64,000 bases of DNA, from NCBI GenBank assembly GCA_965214095.1, contig OZ243938.1, positions 4,832,001 to 4,896,000 on the forward strand, given 5' to 3'. The translations under genes were made by a program, and so were the position numbers. Positions 51,000-60,791 of this stretch are shown here, in pieces. The first letter of the stretch is position 1; every line of letters begins with the position of its first letter. The notes beneath the pieces are model-generated. The model had not been told where the DNA came from, made no database searches, and worked only from the letters and a program-made list of their open reading frames with translations. The stretch is from Candidatus Poribacteria bacterium. Lineage in GTDB: Bacteria; Poribacteria; WGA-4E; WGA-3G.

Positions 51000-51728
51000 T
51001 CAATGCGTGAGTGTATAAACAATAGCATTTATACCCATTTGAAATGCCATGTCTGAGAACTTACGAGGATAGTAAGGCTCTGCTGCATTCTGCCATGCAT
51101 CTCCTAAGTCAGTATTGAAGTTTATCATCATCATAATTCGACCATGGTCATCAAAGACACCCATGCATCGTACGTCAAAACCATCCTTTTCATGTGTTCT
51201 TCCTGCACGATATGCTGCAGGGGCGGGGATTTGCATCAGACTCTTAATTTCGTAGAAGCAGTCAAAGAGAGGGTGTGACATCGGTATATCTCTCGGTTCG
51301 CGTTTTGGGAATATTTTCTTGTATTGTTTATAAAATCTTTTCCACTGTTCTGTTCCGTGAAAATCATCTGTCATGATAAAACCACCACGCAAAAGATATT
51401 CGCGGAGATTGGCAGCTTCTTTTTTCGAAAGGTTAAGTCTACTCAATTCTGCGATATATGCAAAAGGATAGTCAAAAAGTTCAGATGAACCTACCTCAAT
51501 TATAGTTTCTTGTGGACTTGCTTTTATGTTTGTCTGTTTGCGAAGTTGAGTAAGTAGGTTTCGGTCTGCAGCGGGGTAGTCTATATCCCATAGACTCTTA
51601 TACCGAAAACTACCATTATATTTCAATCGGACAAAGGTAAAATCGTATAGTGACTCATCACCGATGGAATCTGGATTGATGAATAGAGCAAAGGTTATTA
51701 TAATAAGTGTGATTGGTATATGTTTCAT
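51000..51728 (-). CDS. DUF4159 domain protein (Sec signal)
   Basis: FTFVRLKY, WDIDYPAADRNL, LREYLLRGGFIMTDDFHG, NTDLGDAW and MGINAIVYTLTH motifs. Confidence 0.88.
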   Translation of the reverse strand: MKHIPITLIIITFALFINPDSIGDESLYDFTFVRLKYNGSFRYKSLWDIDYPAADRNLLTQLRKQTNIKASPQETIIEVGSSELFDYPFAYIAELSRLNLSKKEAANLREYLLRGGFIMTDDFHGTEQWKRFYKQYKKIFPKREPRDIPMSHPLFDCFYEIKSLMQIPAPAAYRAGRTHEKDGFDVRCMGVFDDHGRIMMMINFNTDLGDAWQNAAEPYYPRKFSDMAFQMGINAIVYTLTH

Positions 51729-51864
51729 TGGAAAGCAATCCTGTATTTTTTATAGAGTTTTTCTCAAATTATATCATGTGCTTGGAAGTATGTAAATGCG
51801 AAGTTTGATTGGAATGTATTTGGTAAGAAAATAGGTCCACTTAAACTCAAAGAATTTTGTTGTC

Positions 51865-54800
51865 CTATTTGTCAAGTGCGTAACGAAGTACACCGCGCCC
51901 TCTTGTTCCTACATAAAGGGTATTTACATCAACATCAAGACATGTAACCAGATAGGGAATTTTGGGTGTGACTTGTTGCCACATAAGAATATCACTGTTT
52001 ACCTTGTATATCATATTCTTTGCTTCACCGTATACCGTTGTCCCATCCACTGTAAACATTGTAATAATAAGTGGTTTTCCTTCTTCATCAGTGATTATTT
52101 GCCAATCAATACCGTCGCTTGATCTAATAACACCTTTGTCCGTTGCTACATAGACAAAGTTGTCAGCTAAAACTATTGCCTTGAAATGATCTACAAAATA
52201 TGGTAGGTTTTCTGATACATCGGTCCAAGTCAGTCCTTCATCAAGAGATTGCATCAGTTGCCCTTCTTTTTCGCCGACGTAAATTGTGTATTCAGACACT
52301 GCAAATCTAAATCCTACAGCATCTATAAATGAATTATTTGCATAGCAAAAAGACCTATCTTCACTAACCCCTTTATCTAATAACCCCGTATTGAACCATT
52401 CGGTATTACCCGGTTTCCATCTAAAGAGTTGATAGTTGTATTCAACATAATATATTCCATTAATAACAGCAAGACCGCCAAACTGCGATTCTGAGAAGAG
52501 ACCGTTACCATGGGATATATTTCGTCCCATAAAACCGGTAGGACGATTTAATTGAAGGTTTTCCTTCCGCCGATCAATTTTGTCTAAAATTGGCATTTCA
52601 GACACTTTGATAAGACTATTGTCTTGAGTGGAAAGACGGAAAAAACGAGGGGCACCTAATTTATCGTCTCTCACGAAAATTTCTCCATTGGATTCCATAA
52701 TACGTGTGATAAAACCTGTATCACCTTTAACAGGAGACCAAGTTTCACCACCATCGCTTGAATTGACAAATCCATCTATCGAATTAGCATACAGATTACC
52801 ATCAACAGCAATCAATTGCCAAATATCTGTAGCTACAAGTCCGGAATTAAATTGATTCCATGATTCACCACCGTCTGTCGTGCGATGTATCCCGTAGTTT
52901 CCGCTTCTGTAGTAGGTGTCCTCATTTACCATAACTATTGCAGAAGCATTTCCTAGATCCACTGTGTCTTTGGTTTTCCAGGTTTTCCCAGAATCTGACG
53001 AATAGTAGTGTTTCGTTTGATCTACAAGTGTAACATTGTTTCCTTTTACACTAATTTTTAATGGACTGTATAATAATTTATGTGAGGCTTTAGTTTCTTT
53101 ATTCTTTGTGTCTTTTTTGTCCGGTGAAATCACTTTCATTAAATTTACTATGGACAACTCCTTTTTATCTGTATTGTTTTTTCTCGGTGTAATTTTTTCC
53201 CATGTAGTCCCATGATCACTTGATACGAAAAGTTCCCAAGACAAACCTTTTGCTGCCCTTGGGTGCATGATGGGTGTATTCTCGAGAATCGAACGAAAGC
53301 CAATATCAATATGATAACTTCTGGCAACATAGAGAACATTATCAATAACTTCCATAGATATAATTGGTAAATATGTACTTTTTTCACCTATTTCATCAAG
53401 GAATATTTCCTCCCATGTATTTCCATCAAGCCGATAGAGTCCTTTATTTGTGCCGACAAATACCGTGTTTTCTATAACAGCTATCGCACGTGGTTCAATG
53501 TTTGGATAATTCTTGTCAAAAAGTGTCAGACGATTCCAAGATGCACCATTATCATCTGAACGGTATACACCGTTATCTTCAGAAAAGGTAAATTCATCGG
53601 AAAGACACAAGTAAAATGTATCGTCAAGAATCACTATTCCAATAAGTCCACCGCCTGGATGGACAGAAAATGTGTTCCATGTCTGTCCTCTATCTTTGGA
53701 TGACAGGATTTCTCTATTTGATACAAGATACAAGATACCGTCTCTTTCAACCATTGGACCGGATGGCATGCCACTCAATTGTTTTCTATGTGAGAATATA
53801 TTTCGATGGTTAATAAGTTCCCACTTACTTTTATCATCTGAGAGTCTGAAGATACCACTATGTGTTCCTGCAAATACATCTCCATCGTTTGTTGCGTAGA
53901 GATTAGCAACAACTCCACCAACAGGCCCCTGAGTTTGTCTCCATTGTCCTTTCTTATCTGATGTGCCATTATCCTCTTGTGATGCAGCATTACGTGTTGT
54001 GTCAGGATTATGTCCAGTGTTATTGCTATTATTGGTTATATTTGTAAATCCAACTCTGTTTTTAACTGTAGGTTCTGTTGGAGATTCTAAGAAGATTGGA
54101 ACGTCAACGATTTCAATAGTTGATTCAGATGCAGCCTCTAAACTATACGGTATTTGGTAACGATATAAGTTTTGCGTACCCACACCCATCAGTAGAAAGA
54201 CGAATATAGCAGAGACAGCAGATACTGCGAACGGGACAAATGGTTTGGGTGCAGTTGTAGGTGATGGTTTTAGTTGTGATATTTTCTTCATAATGTTTTC
54301 TGTCATTTGAGTTGGCAGTTGAAAACTATTTAGGTTCTCTTTTATCATTGATTCTTCCTTCTTCATTTTGTTTCGTGCCCGGTGTAGTCTACTTCTAACA
54401 GTGTTAGGAGATACTCCCAGAAACTTACCGATTTCTTCGCATGTCATTTCAGCAATGTAATACATTGTTACGACTGTTTTCTCACTTTCTTGCAGCTTGC
54501 TTAGCAGTTTTCGTACTAATGCTCGCTGTTTTCGATTGGCAGCTTCTTCGCGTTTACTGGTCATATAATTGGAATAATATACCTCCTCTAATTCAACAGG
54601 ATTAGTCGTTTCTAACGATTGTGGCTGCGGTTTTTTCTTTCTGTGCCACGCAATACATTTGCGATTGGTAATCACATAGAGCCATCCAACAAAGCAATTA
54701 TGGTTAGTAAGTGTGGCAAGTTTTTGGTATGCTGTAAGGAACGTATCTTGTGTAATCTCTTGAGCAATATGGAAATCACCAATTTTTTGCCATGCCAGTG

Positions 54801-54897
54801 CATGTACCTGTTTTTGGTATTTATTTACAAGAGTAGCAAAGGCTTTCTCATCACCGTCTAATGTGTGTTGAATCAGTTCAGAATCATCGTTTTTCAT
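51865..54897 (-). CDS. Membrane-tethered ECF sigma factor with extracytoplasmic BNR/Asp-box beta-propeller (ECF-4)
   Basis: sigma2/sigma4, TM FAVSAVSAIFVFLLMGVG, then Asp-box repeats; GAGGT RBS before MKNDD. Confidence 0.9.
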   Translation of the reverse strand: MKNDDSELIQHTLDGDEKAFATLVNKYQKQVHALAWQKIGDFHIAQEITQDTFLTAYQKLATLTNHNCFVGWLYVITNRKCIAWHRKKKPQPQSLETTNPVELEEVYYSNYMTSKREEAANRKQRALVRKLLSKLQESEKTVVTMYYIAEMTCEEIGKFLGVSPNTVRSRLHRARNKMKKEESMIKENLNSFQLPTQMTENIMKKISQLKPSPTTAPKPFVPFAVSAVSAIFVFLLMGVGTQNLYRYQIPYSLEAASESTIEIVDVPIFLESPTEPTVKNRVGFTNITNNSNNTGHNPDTTRNAASQEDNGTSDKKGQWRQTQGPVGGVVANLYATNDGDVFAGTHSGIFRLSDDKSKWELINHRNIFSHRKQLSGMPSGPMVERDGILYLVSNREILSSKDRGQTWNTFSVHPGGGLIGIVILDDTFYLCLSDEFTFSEDNGVYRSDDNGASWNRLTLFDKNYPNIEPRAIAVIENTVFVGTNKGLYRLDGNTWEEIFLDEIGEKSTYLPIISMEVIDNVLYVARSYHIDIGFRSILENTPIMHPRAAKGLSWELFVSSDHGTTWEKITPRKNNTDKKELSIVNLMKVISPDKKDTKNKETKASHKLLYSPLKISVKGNNVTLVDQTKHYYSSDSGKTWKTKDTVDLGNASAIVMVNEDTYYRSGNYGIHRTTDGGESWNQFNSGLVATDIWQLIAVDGNLYANSIDGFVNSSDGGETWSPVKGDTGFITRIMESNGEIFVRDDKLGAPRFFRLSTQDNSLIKVSEMPILDKIDRRKENLQLNRPTGFMGRNISHGNGLFSESQFGGLAVINGIYYVEYNYQLFRWKPGNTEWFNTGLLDKGVSEDRSFCYANNSFIDAVGFRFAVSEYTIYVGEKEGQLMQSLDEGLTWTDVSENLPYFVDHFKAIVLADNFVYVATDKGVIRSSDGIDWQIITDEEGKPLIITMFTVDGTTVYGEAKNMIYKVNSDILMWQQVTPKIPYLVTCLDVDVNTLYVGTRGRGVLRYALDK

Positions 54898-54934
54898 GTG
54901 AGACCTCAATAGCAAAATGATACTTTAAAATATA

Positions 54935-54963
54935 TAGACGCGATTTTTGAAGCAATAATTGCA
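54935..54963 (-). promoter_or_regulatory. Putative ECF-dependent promoter of ECF-4
   Basis: TGCAAT-N17-CGTCTA, about 37 nt upstream of the ATG. Confidence 0.7.
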
Positions 54964-55195
54964 TGTTTAATCGGAAAATGCAAATTGAAAAGGAATTGTT
55001 TCAATTAAAAGAAAAATGAATGATTGTAATTATAGGTCATCAGTTATGCAGTTTGTATCCGATAGAACTGATGCCACATTATTATAGCACATAGACTGAA
55101 ATACCTAAAACTCTAGCTCGTTTGGTCAGGGTTATTTAGTATTAAGTATTTTCCAATTGATTAGTTTTACTAAGAGTTAGGTTCAGATAATAGTT

Positions 55196-55276
55196 ATGCA
55201 TAGTAGTAGGCACACTCCGTGTGCCGTCAAAATGTGAACGGGTTACGGCACACGGAGTGTGCCTACTACTATGCAT
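55196..55276. repeat. Perfect 32-bp inverted repeat (REP doublet) with 17-nt spacer
   Basis: atgcatagtagtaggcacactccgtgtgccgt ... acggcacacggagtgtgcctactactatgcat. Each arm is itself a GTAG-headed hairpin. Confidence 0.85.
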
Positions 55277-55461
55277 CGCTTTATACTGATATGTGAACAA
55301 ATGTGTCAGAATTCCATAAAACTAAATATCCCTGATTTTCAGGATAAATTCTTGACAGTTAAATGGTATTGGATAGATATTAACTTCAATGCATCAGTTT
55401 TGGAATTGAAATCATCTTTTTACAATACAATTCAGTTGAAGAAATGTCTATTTTGAAACTC

Positions 55462-58374
55462 CTATTTGTCAAGTGCGTAACGAAGCACACCACGTCCAAA
55501 AGTTCCAACATAGACGTTACTCCCATCAACATCTAAGCATGTAGCGGAATATGGGATTTCTGGAGTAACTTTTTTCCATGTGCTAAGTTCCTCTTTTAGT
55601 TGATAGATAGTATTCTTTGCTAAGCTATACAATCTATTTCCATCAACATCAAACTTTATGACTTCAAGCGGTTTTCCTTCAATGTCTGGGACTGTTTTCC
55701 AATCTATCCCGTTGTTTGATCGTATAACACCCTTATCAGTTCCGACATATACATTCTGTTCAAGATAGGTAATGTCATGGAAAATCTCAACTGAGAATGG
55801 CAGGTTTTCAGTAACATTGTTCCAGGTATCACCTTCATCAAAGGATTGTAGGAGTTGACCGACTTGTTTTCCTACATATAAGGTCTTTCCTGAAACTGCA
55901 AGTTCAAAATTTGGGTTATATACCATCCTATCGTTGTCTTCATACTTTAATGAAGTAATGTACCATTCAGAAGTACCCGGTTTCCACCTCAATAACTGGT
56001 TTCTGAACTCTACATAGAATGTTGAATTACTGACTGCATAATTTGAGATCCTATCGGGTTCTTTAATTTCAACTCGTTGTAAGGAAGTGTCATCAATATC
56101 AACAGACAACTGAGGAATAGGATACGTATCAATTTCAATCCAATCAGAGTCATTAGACATCATTAATTTTGGCATGTCTTGAATATTCATTAGTTCATTT
56201 TCTTCATCTGAAAGACGCAAAATTGGATTATTTCCTTCAGATACATAAAGAACTCCATTATTGTCAACCATCAGACTATCACTATACTCATACAATGCAA
56301 CAGGTTCCCAGGACTTTCCATAGTCCATTGACGCTAAGATACCTTTATTTGCGACTCGAACATAAAGAATCTTATTCATAGATACGACATCCAATACCAT
56401 AGTTGCTATCAGACCAGCATTGAATTGATGCCAGTTCTTCCCTTCCTCTGTAGTTCTATAAATTCCCTGATAACCTGATTTATAGAAAGTATTTGAGTCA
56501 TATACTAATATACTCATAGTGCTGTATACTAAAGTTGAGTTAATTAAGTCCGGTAAAATCCAGTTTTCCCCGCCATCATTCGAAATATAATGATATCTAC
56601 CATCCACTAATAATATTTTGTCATCTTGAGCTGCGATTCTTGCCCCAATCCCACTTCCCATAGATCTCAAATGTGAGTCCTTATCTCTTGGATCTATACA
56701 ATCCCAAGTATTGCCATTGTCATTAGATTTATAGACAGTCCATCCCTTATGACTCAACATCAAGATTTTAGAATCCTTACTGACTGCAAAATTGTTTTCT
56801 TGACCTGTTACAACATAAATATGCTTTTCGGTTGCTACCATATCAAGGATTGAATCGTCTTTAGCATCTGCTTCTGGTGTTACAGACATAAATTCCCATT
56901 TCTCGTTATCATATCGGAACAATCCATCATCGGTACCGACAAAAACTGTGTTTTTAATGGCTGCGATAGAGCGGATTTTCCTATCTGTCAAACCTACTGA
57001 CAGTTCGATCCAAGTCTTACCCGTGTCAATTGATCGGAATACTGCATCGTGAAACGCAAGATAAATCGTAAGATCACTTTTTGAATCTGGAAGTCCATCT
57101 GCAAGTATCATGCCTATAGGTGTTCCCTCTTTTGACTTGCAGAAAAACTTCCATGTTTCTCCTCTATCTGTTGAAACCAATATCTCTGTGTCGTTTGCAA
57201 GATAAAGGTGTTCATACCTTTCTACAACAGGCCACCATAAATAACGTCTAATTTCACCGTGATAAATTGGACCCTCAATATTGTTAATAAGTTCCCATGC
57301 CGACCCATCATCATTCAGTCTGTAAAGTCCGTTTCGTGTTCCTGCAAAAACGTCTCCGTTTGTAGTTCTAAACAATGAAGGGACAGTTCCACCTTCCGGT
57401 CCTGTTGTTTGTACCCACTTCTGTTTTACGTTTGAGACCTCTGTCTGATCCTGTTGTGCTGCGGTAAAAAGAGAATCCTCAGAATTCAGTCCAATACCAT
57501 TGTTTTCGGTTGGTATGCTGGATTCACCAACACGGTTTCGACTTATTGGTTCTGTTTGAGATTCCACAAAATTTCGCACATCAACTATTTCAATCATAGA
57601 CTCAGACGATGCATCTATGCTATAAGGGGTTTGGTACTGATGTAACTTCATCGCACCTACTCCCATCAACAAAACTACAAAAATTGCAGAGGCAGCAGAC
57701 AAAACCCACGGAACGAATGGTTTACTGATAGGTGTAGTAGTCGGTGTCAGTTGTGATATTTTCTTCATAATGTTTTCTGTCATTTGTGTTGGCAGTTGGA
57801 AACTGCTTAGATTTTCTTTTATCATTGCTTCTTCCTTTCTCAATCTGTTACGTGCACGACTAAGTCGGCTTCTGATTGTATTTGAGGATACACCAAGAAA
57901 TTCACTAATTGAGTCACAAGACATTTCTCCAAGATAGTGAAGTGTCATCACTGTTCGTTCACTTTCTGGTAGCTTCTTCAGTAGATTTTGGACTAATTCC
58001 CTTCGTGCATCATCTGCATCTGCTTCCTGTTGCTCTTCAACATAAAATGTATATGCCACTTGGTCCACCTCTTTACTATCAACTGTCTCTATGGATTGTA
58101 TCGGTATACGTTTCTTTCTACACCATTTATAACATAGACGTGTGGCAATAACGTAAAGCCATCCAGAGAATAGATTATGATTCTTCAATGTTCCGAGTTT
58201 TTGGTATGCCTTGAGAAATGCATCTTGTGTGATTTCTTGGGCAATATGAAAATCACCTATTTTCTGCCATACCAGTGCATGAACACCTTTTTGGTATTTT
58301 TCAACTAATGTTGTAAATGCTGTTTGGTCACCGTCTAATGTTCGTTGAATCAATATGGAATCTTTATTCTTCAT
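55462..58374 (-). CDS. Membrane-tethered ECF sigma factor with extracytoplasmic BNR/Asp-box beta-propeller (ECF-5)
   Basis: sigma2/sigma4, TM WVLSAASAIFVVLLMGVG, Asp-box repeats, and the same C-terminal GVLRYALDK as ECF-4. Confidence 0.9.
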   Translation of the reverse strand: MKNKDSILIQRTLDGDQTAFTTLVEKYQKGVHALVWQKIGDFHIAQEITQDAFLKAYQKLGTLKNHNLFSGWLYVIATRLCYKWCRKKRIPIQSIETVDSKEVDQVAYTFYVEEQQEADADDARRELVQNLLKKLPESERTVMTLHYLGEMSCDSISEFLGVSSNTIRSRLSRARNRLRKEEAMIKENLSSFQLPTQMTENIMKKISQLTPTTTPISKPFVPWVLSAASAIFVVLLMGVGAMKLHQYQTPYSIDASSESMIEIVDVRNFVESQTEPISRNRVGESSIPTENNGIGLNSEDSLFTAAQQDQTEVSNVKQKWVQTTGPEGGTVPSLFRTTNGDVFAGTRNGLYRLNDDGSAWELINNIEGPIYHGEIRRYLWWPVVERYEHLYLANDTEILVSTDRGETWKFFCKSKEGTPIGMILADGLPDSKSDLTIYLAFHDAVFRSIDTGKTWIELSVGLTDRKIRSIAAIKNTVFVGTDDGLFRYDNEKWEFMSVTPEADAKDDSILDMVATEKHIYVVTGQENNFAVSKDSKILMLSHKGWTVYKSNDNGNTWDCIDPRDKDSHLRSMGSGIGARIAAQDDKILLVDGRYHYISNDGGENWILPDLINSTLVYSTMSILVYDSNTFYKSGYQGIYRTTEEGKNWHQFNAGLIATMVLDVVSMNKILYVRVANKGILASMDYGKSWEPVALYEYSDSLMVDNNGVLYVSEGNNPILRLSDEENELMNIQDMPKLMMSNDSDWIEIDTYPIPQLSVDIDDTSLQRVEIKEPDRISNYAVSNSTFYVEFRNQLLRWKPGTSEWYITSLKYEDNDRMVYNPNFELAVSGKTLYVGKQVGQLLQSFDEGDTWNNVTENLPFSVEIFHDITYLEQNVYVGTDKGVIRSNNGIDWKTVPDIEGKPLEVIKFDVDGNRLYSLAKNTIYQLKEELSTWKKVTPEIPYSATCLDVDGSNVYVGTFGRGVLRYALDK

Positions 58375-58410
58375 TGAATTTCCTCGGTGTAATTACTTCC
58401 CTTGTTTAAT

Positions 58411-58440
58411 TAGACGCGTCTCATGAAATGTATTGTTGCA
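58411..58440 (-). promoter_or_regulatory. Putative ECF-dependent promoter of ECF-5
   Basis: TGCAAC-N18-CGTCTA, about 36 nt upstream of the ATG. Confidence 0.65.
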
Positions 58441-58592
58441 TTATTTTATGATATTGTAAAAAATGTATTTCGTTTTCTGTGTGAATATTCATAAATATTT
58501 TCAATTTGTACCTATATGTGTTATACTTTAACATAAGATCATTCAATCTATTCTATTTATTTTATCGTAAATTCACTTGTAGGAGGTGTTGA

Positions 58593-59393
58593 ATGGCACA
58601 GGTGATAACAGATGAACAGTGGGAACATTTTAAGGAACACGGTTTTGTACGTATTGGTCAGGTAGCCACAGATGATGAGTTTGCGCAGTTACAACTGCGT
58701 ATGGATGACATCATGCTTGGAAAAGCACCACTGAACTATGACCAAATTATGATGCAACTTGATAGGGAACCTGGCACAGACAGACCCGGTCCGCAATCCG
58801 CTGGACATAAAGGTGCGACGTTGTTGTATCGCAAAATACAAAATCTTGAATTTGACCCCCTATTTTTAGCATACCTACAAAACCCTACCTTTGAAGAAGT
58901 TTGTGAGAAGATATACGGTGAAGGTGTACCTATTCTATGTTTCCGTGCGATGTTTATGAATAAACCCGCAGGTGAGGGAACATACCTTGTATGGCACCAA
59001 GATCGCTGGACAGACCTTGACCGTGATCCACAGATTACTATCTATACTGCATTAGACCGCGCAACGATTGAAAACGGTTGTGTGCATATCATACCCGGAT
59101 CACATAGTAACCTTATAAACCCCTCTCACGGTTCAGGTTTCCTGAATCAAGAGCAGATTGATGAAATTGTTGAAAATTCCACTCCTTTACCCTTAGAATT
59201 AGAGGCAGGAGAGGTGGTATTATTGCACAATTGGTTGCTACACAGTTCTGGTACAAATGAGACAGATATTTCACGACGCGCATTTAGTGTATGTTATATG
59301 CACGGAGATACAAAGTCTCGCCATGGTGGAAAGTTTAGGCGCGTTTTCGGTGAAGGTGCTTTGAGTTTAGATGATTTGGCTAAAACAGCATAA
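58593..59393 (+). CDS. Phytanoyl-CoA dioxygenase (PhyH) family protein
   Basis: FKEHGFV, FMNKPAGEG..LVWHQD, ENGCVHIIPGSH and LLHSSGTN...RRAFS motifs. Confidence 0.92.
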   Translation: MAQVITDEQWEHFKEHGFVRIGQVATDDEFAQLQLRMDDIMLGKAPLNYDQIMMQLDREPGTDRPGPQSAGHKGATLLYRKIQNLEFDPLFLAYLQNPTFEEVCEKIYGEGVPILCFRAMFMNKPAGEGTYLVWHQDRWTDLDRDPQITIYTALDRATIENGCVHIIPGSHSNLINPSHGSGFLNQEQIDEIVENSTPLPLELEAGEVVLLHNWLLHSSGTNETDISRRAFSVCYMHGDTKSRHGGKFRRVFGEGALSLDDLAKTA

Positions 59394-59450
59394 ATATTAA
59401 ATTCAGGGTCTTTCTCTCAAGTAAACAGTATAACATTTTAGGAGTAAATA

Positions 59451-60455
59451 ATGTCAAAAATTCGGCTTGCCATGATTGGGTGTGGCGGCAATTCTTCTGG
59501 ACACGCAAGACGGATGAATTCTAATCCTGATGTGCAAATCGTTAGCACTTGTGATGTCAATACAGATATTGCAAATTCTTATATTGACCGAAATCTGTCC
59601 GACCTTAAACCACGTCCTGAAGGGTATGATAACATAACGAAAATGTTGTCTGAGACAAAACCTGATGCAGTTGTGATTTCCACTCCGCATACTTTACATT
59701 TTGAACAAGGCATGCAAGCTCTTGAAGCAGGTTGCCATGTTCTAATGGAAAAACCGATGGTTACATCTTCTGAAGATGCATACAAACTTGCTGAGAAAGT
59801 TGAGAAAACAGGACTAATATTGACAATCGGTTACAATACTCCATGTTCAGCTAATTTCCACTATATCCGTGAGATTGTTCGTAGTGGTGAGTTTGGAAAA
59901 TTGGAGTTAGTCGTCGGTTATATCACGCAAAACTGGAAGAAAGCAACGGTGGGGGCATGGCGGCAGAAACCGGAACTCTCTGGTGGCGGACAAGCGTATG
60001 ATAGCGGTGCACATCTATTGAACAGCCTCTGCTGGACAGTAGAATCGAAAGTTGAAGAAGTATATGCCTATACCGATAATCAAGAGACAGAAGTTGACAT
60101 CAATTCATCAATAAACATCAAGTTTGAAACCGGTGTGCTTGCATCAATGGTGATAAGTGGAAATTGTCCAAGTCCCGGTGGTACGCACATGGCACTCGTT
60201 TTTGACAACGGTAGAATAGAAGTAGATGGTTGGGGTGGTGGCTGGATACGTGTTTGGAAAGGTGGCGAAGCTTTGGATCCACCTCCGATTACACCTGAGA
60301 TGTCTGCAGGAAATCCAGATGATAATTTCATTGATGCAATTATGGGAAGGGCAGAACCACGCACCAATCCTTTGAATGGCATAATCCAATCAGAACTGAT
60401 GGATTTGATTTACGAGTCTGCGGAAACAAAAACACCTGCGCGTCCTAAACGGTAG
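59451..60455 (+). CDS. Gfo/Idh/MocA family oxidoreductase
   Basis: MIGCGG, VISTPHTLH, HVLMEKPM and SGGGQAYDSGAH motifs. Confidence 0.92.
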   Translation: MSKIRLAMIGCGGNSSGHARRMNSNPDVQIVSTCDVNTDIANSYIDRNLSDLKPRPEGYDNITKMLSETKPDAVVISTPHTLHFEQGMQALEAGCHVLMEKPMVTSSEDAYKLAEKVEKTGLILTIGYNTPCSANFHYIREIVRSGEFGKLELVVGYITQNWKKATVGAWRQKPELSGGGQAYDSGAHLLNSLCWTVESKVEEVYAYTDNQETEVDINSSINIKFETGVLASMVISGNCPSPGGTHMALVFDNGRIEVDGWGGGWIRVWKGGEALDPPPITPEMSAGNPDDNFIDAIMGRAEPRTNPLNGIIQSELMDLIYESAETKTPARPKR

Positions 60456-60476
60456 TCTTCATACAAAGGTGAAGAA

Positions 60477-60779
60477 ATGGATCTTTTAGTCAGCTTAAGT
60501 CTGTCTTTATTGGCATTCTTTGTTGCCATCATTAATGTTTTTCATGAGATTTCCAATAAATCTGATAATGACAAAACAGACATGTTCGGGAAAAAATACC
60601 GAAGACTATATTATCGTCCTGGACGAATCTGTCCAGAATGCGGTTTTAGGGCAATAACTCAAATTCCAACCTGTCCTTCATGTAAAACGAAATTTCTCAA
60701 AGATCGTATAAATAAAATTGCACATCCTTATTTCTCTCTGGACAGTGAAGGGAAAAAGATGCATCACAGACATTTGTGA
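60477..60779 (+). CDS. Small membrane-anchored protein with CxxC...CxxC zinc ribbon
   Basis: N-terminal hydrophobic helix; CPECG...CPSCK. Confidence 0.5.
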   Translation: MDLLVSLSLSLLAFFVAIINVFHEISNKSDNDKTDMFGKKYRRLYYRPGRICPECGFRAITQIPTCPSCKTKFLKDRINKIAHPYFSLDSEGKKMHHRHL

Positions 60780-60791
60780 TAACTTTCAAAT

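Noticed and set aside
32416-55000. Diversity-generating retroelement behind the lectin and propeller variability
   Set aside because: No reverse transcriptase in the window, and I saw no template/variable repeat pair differing only at adenines. This was not tested computationally.
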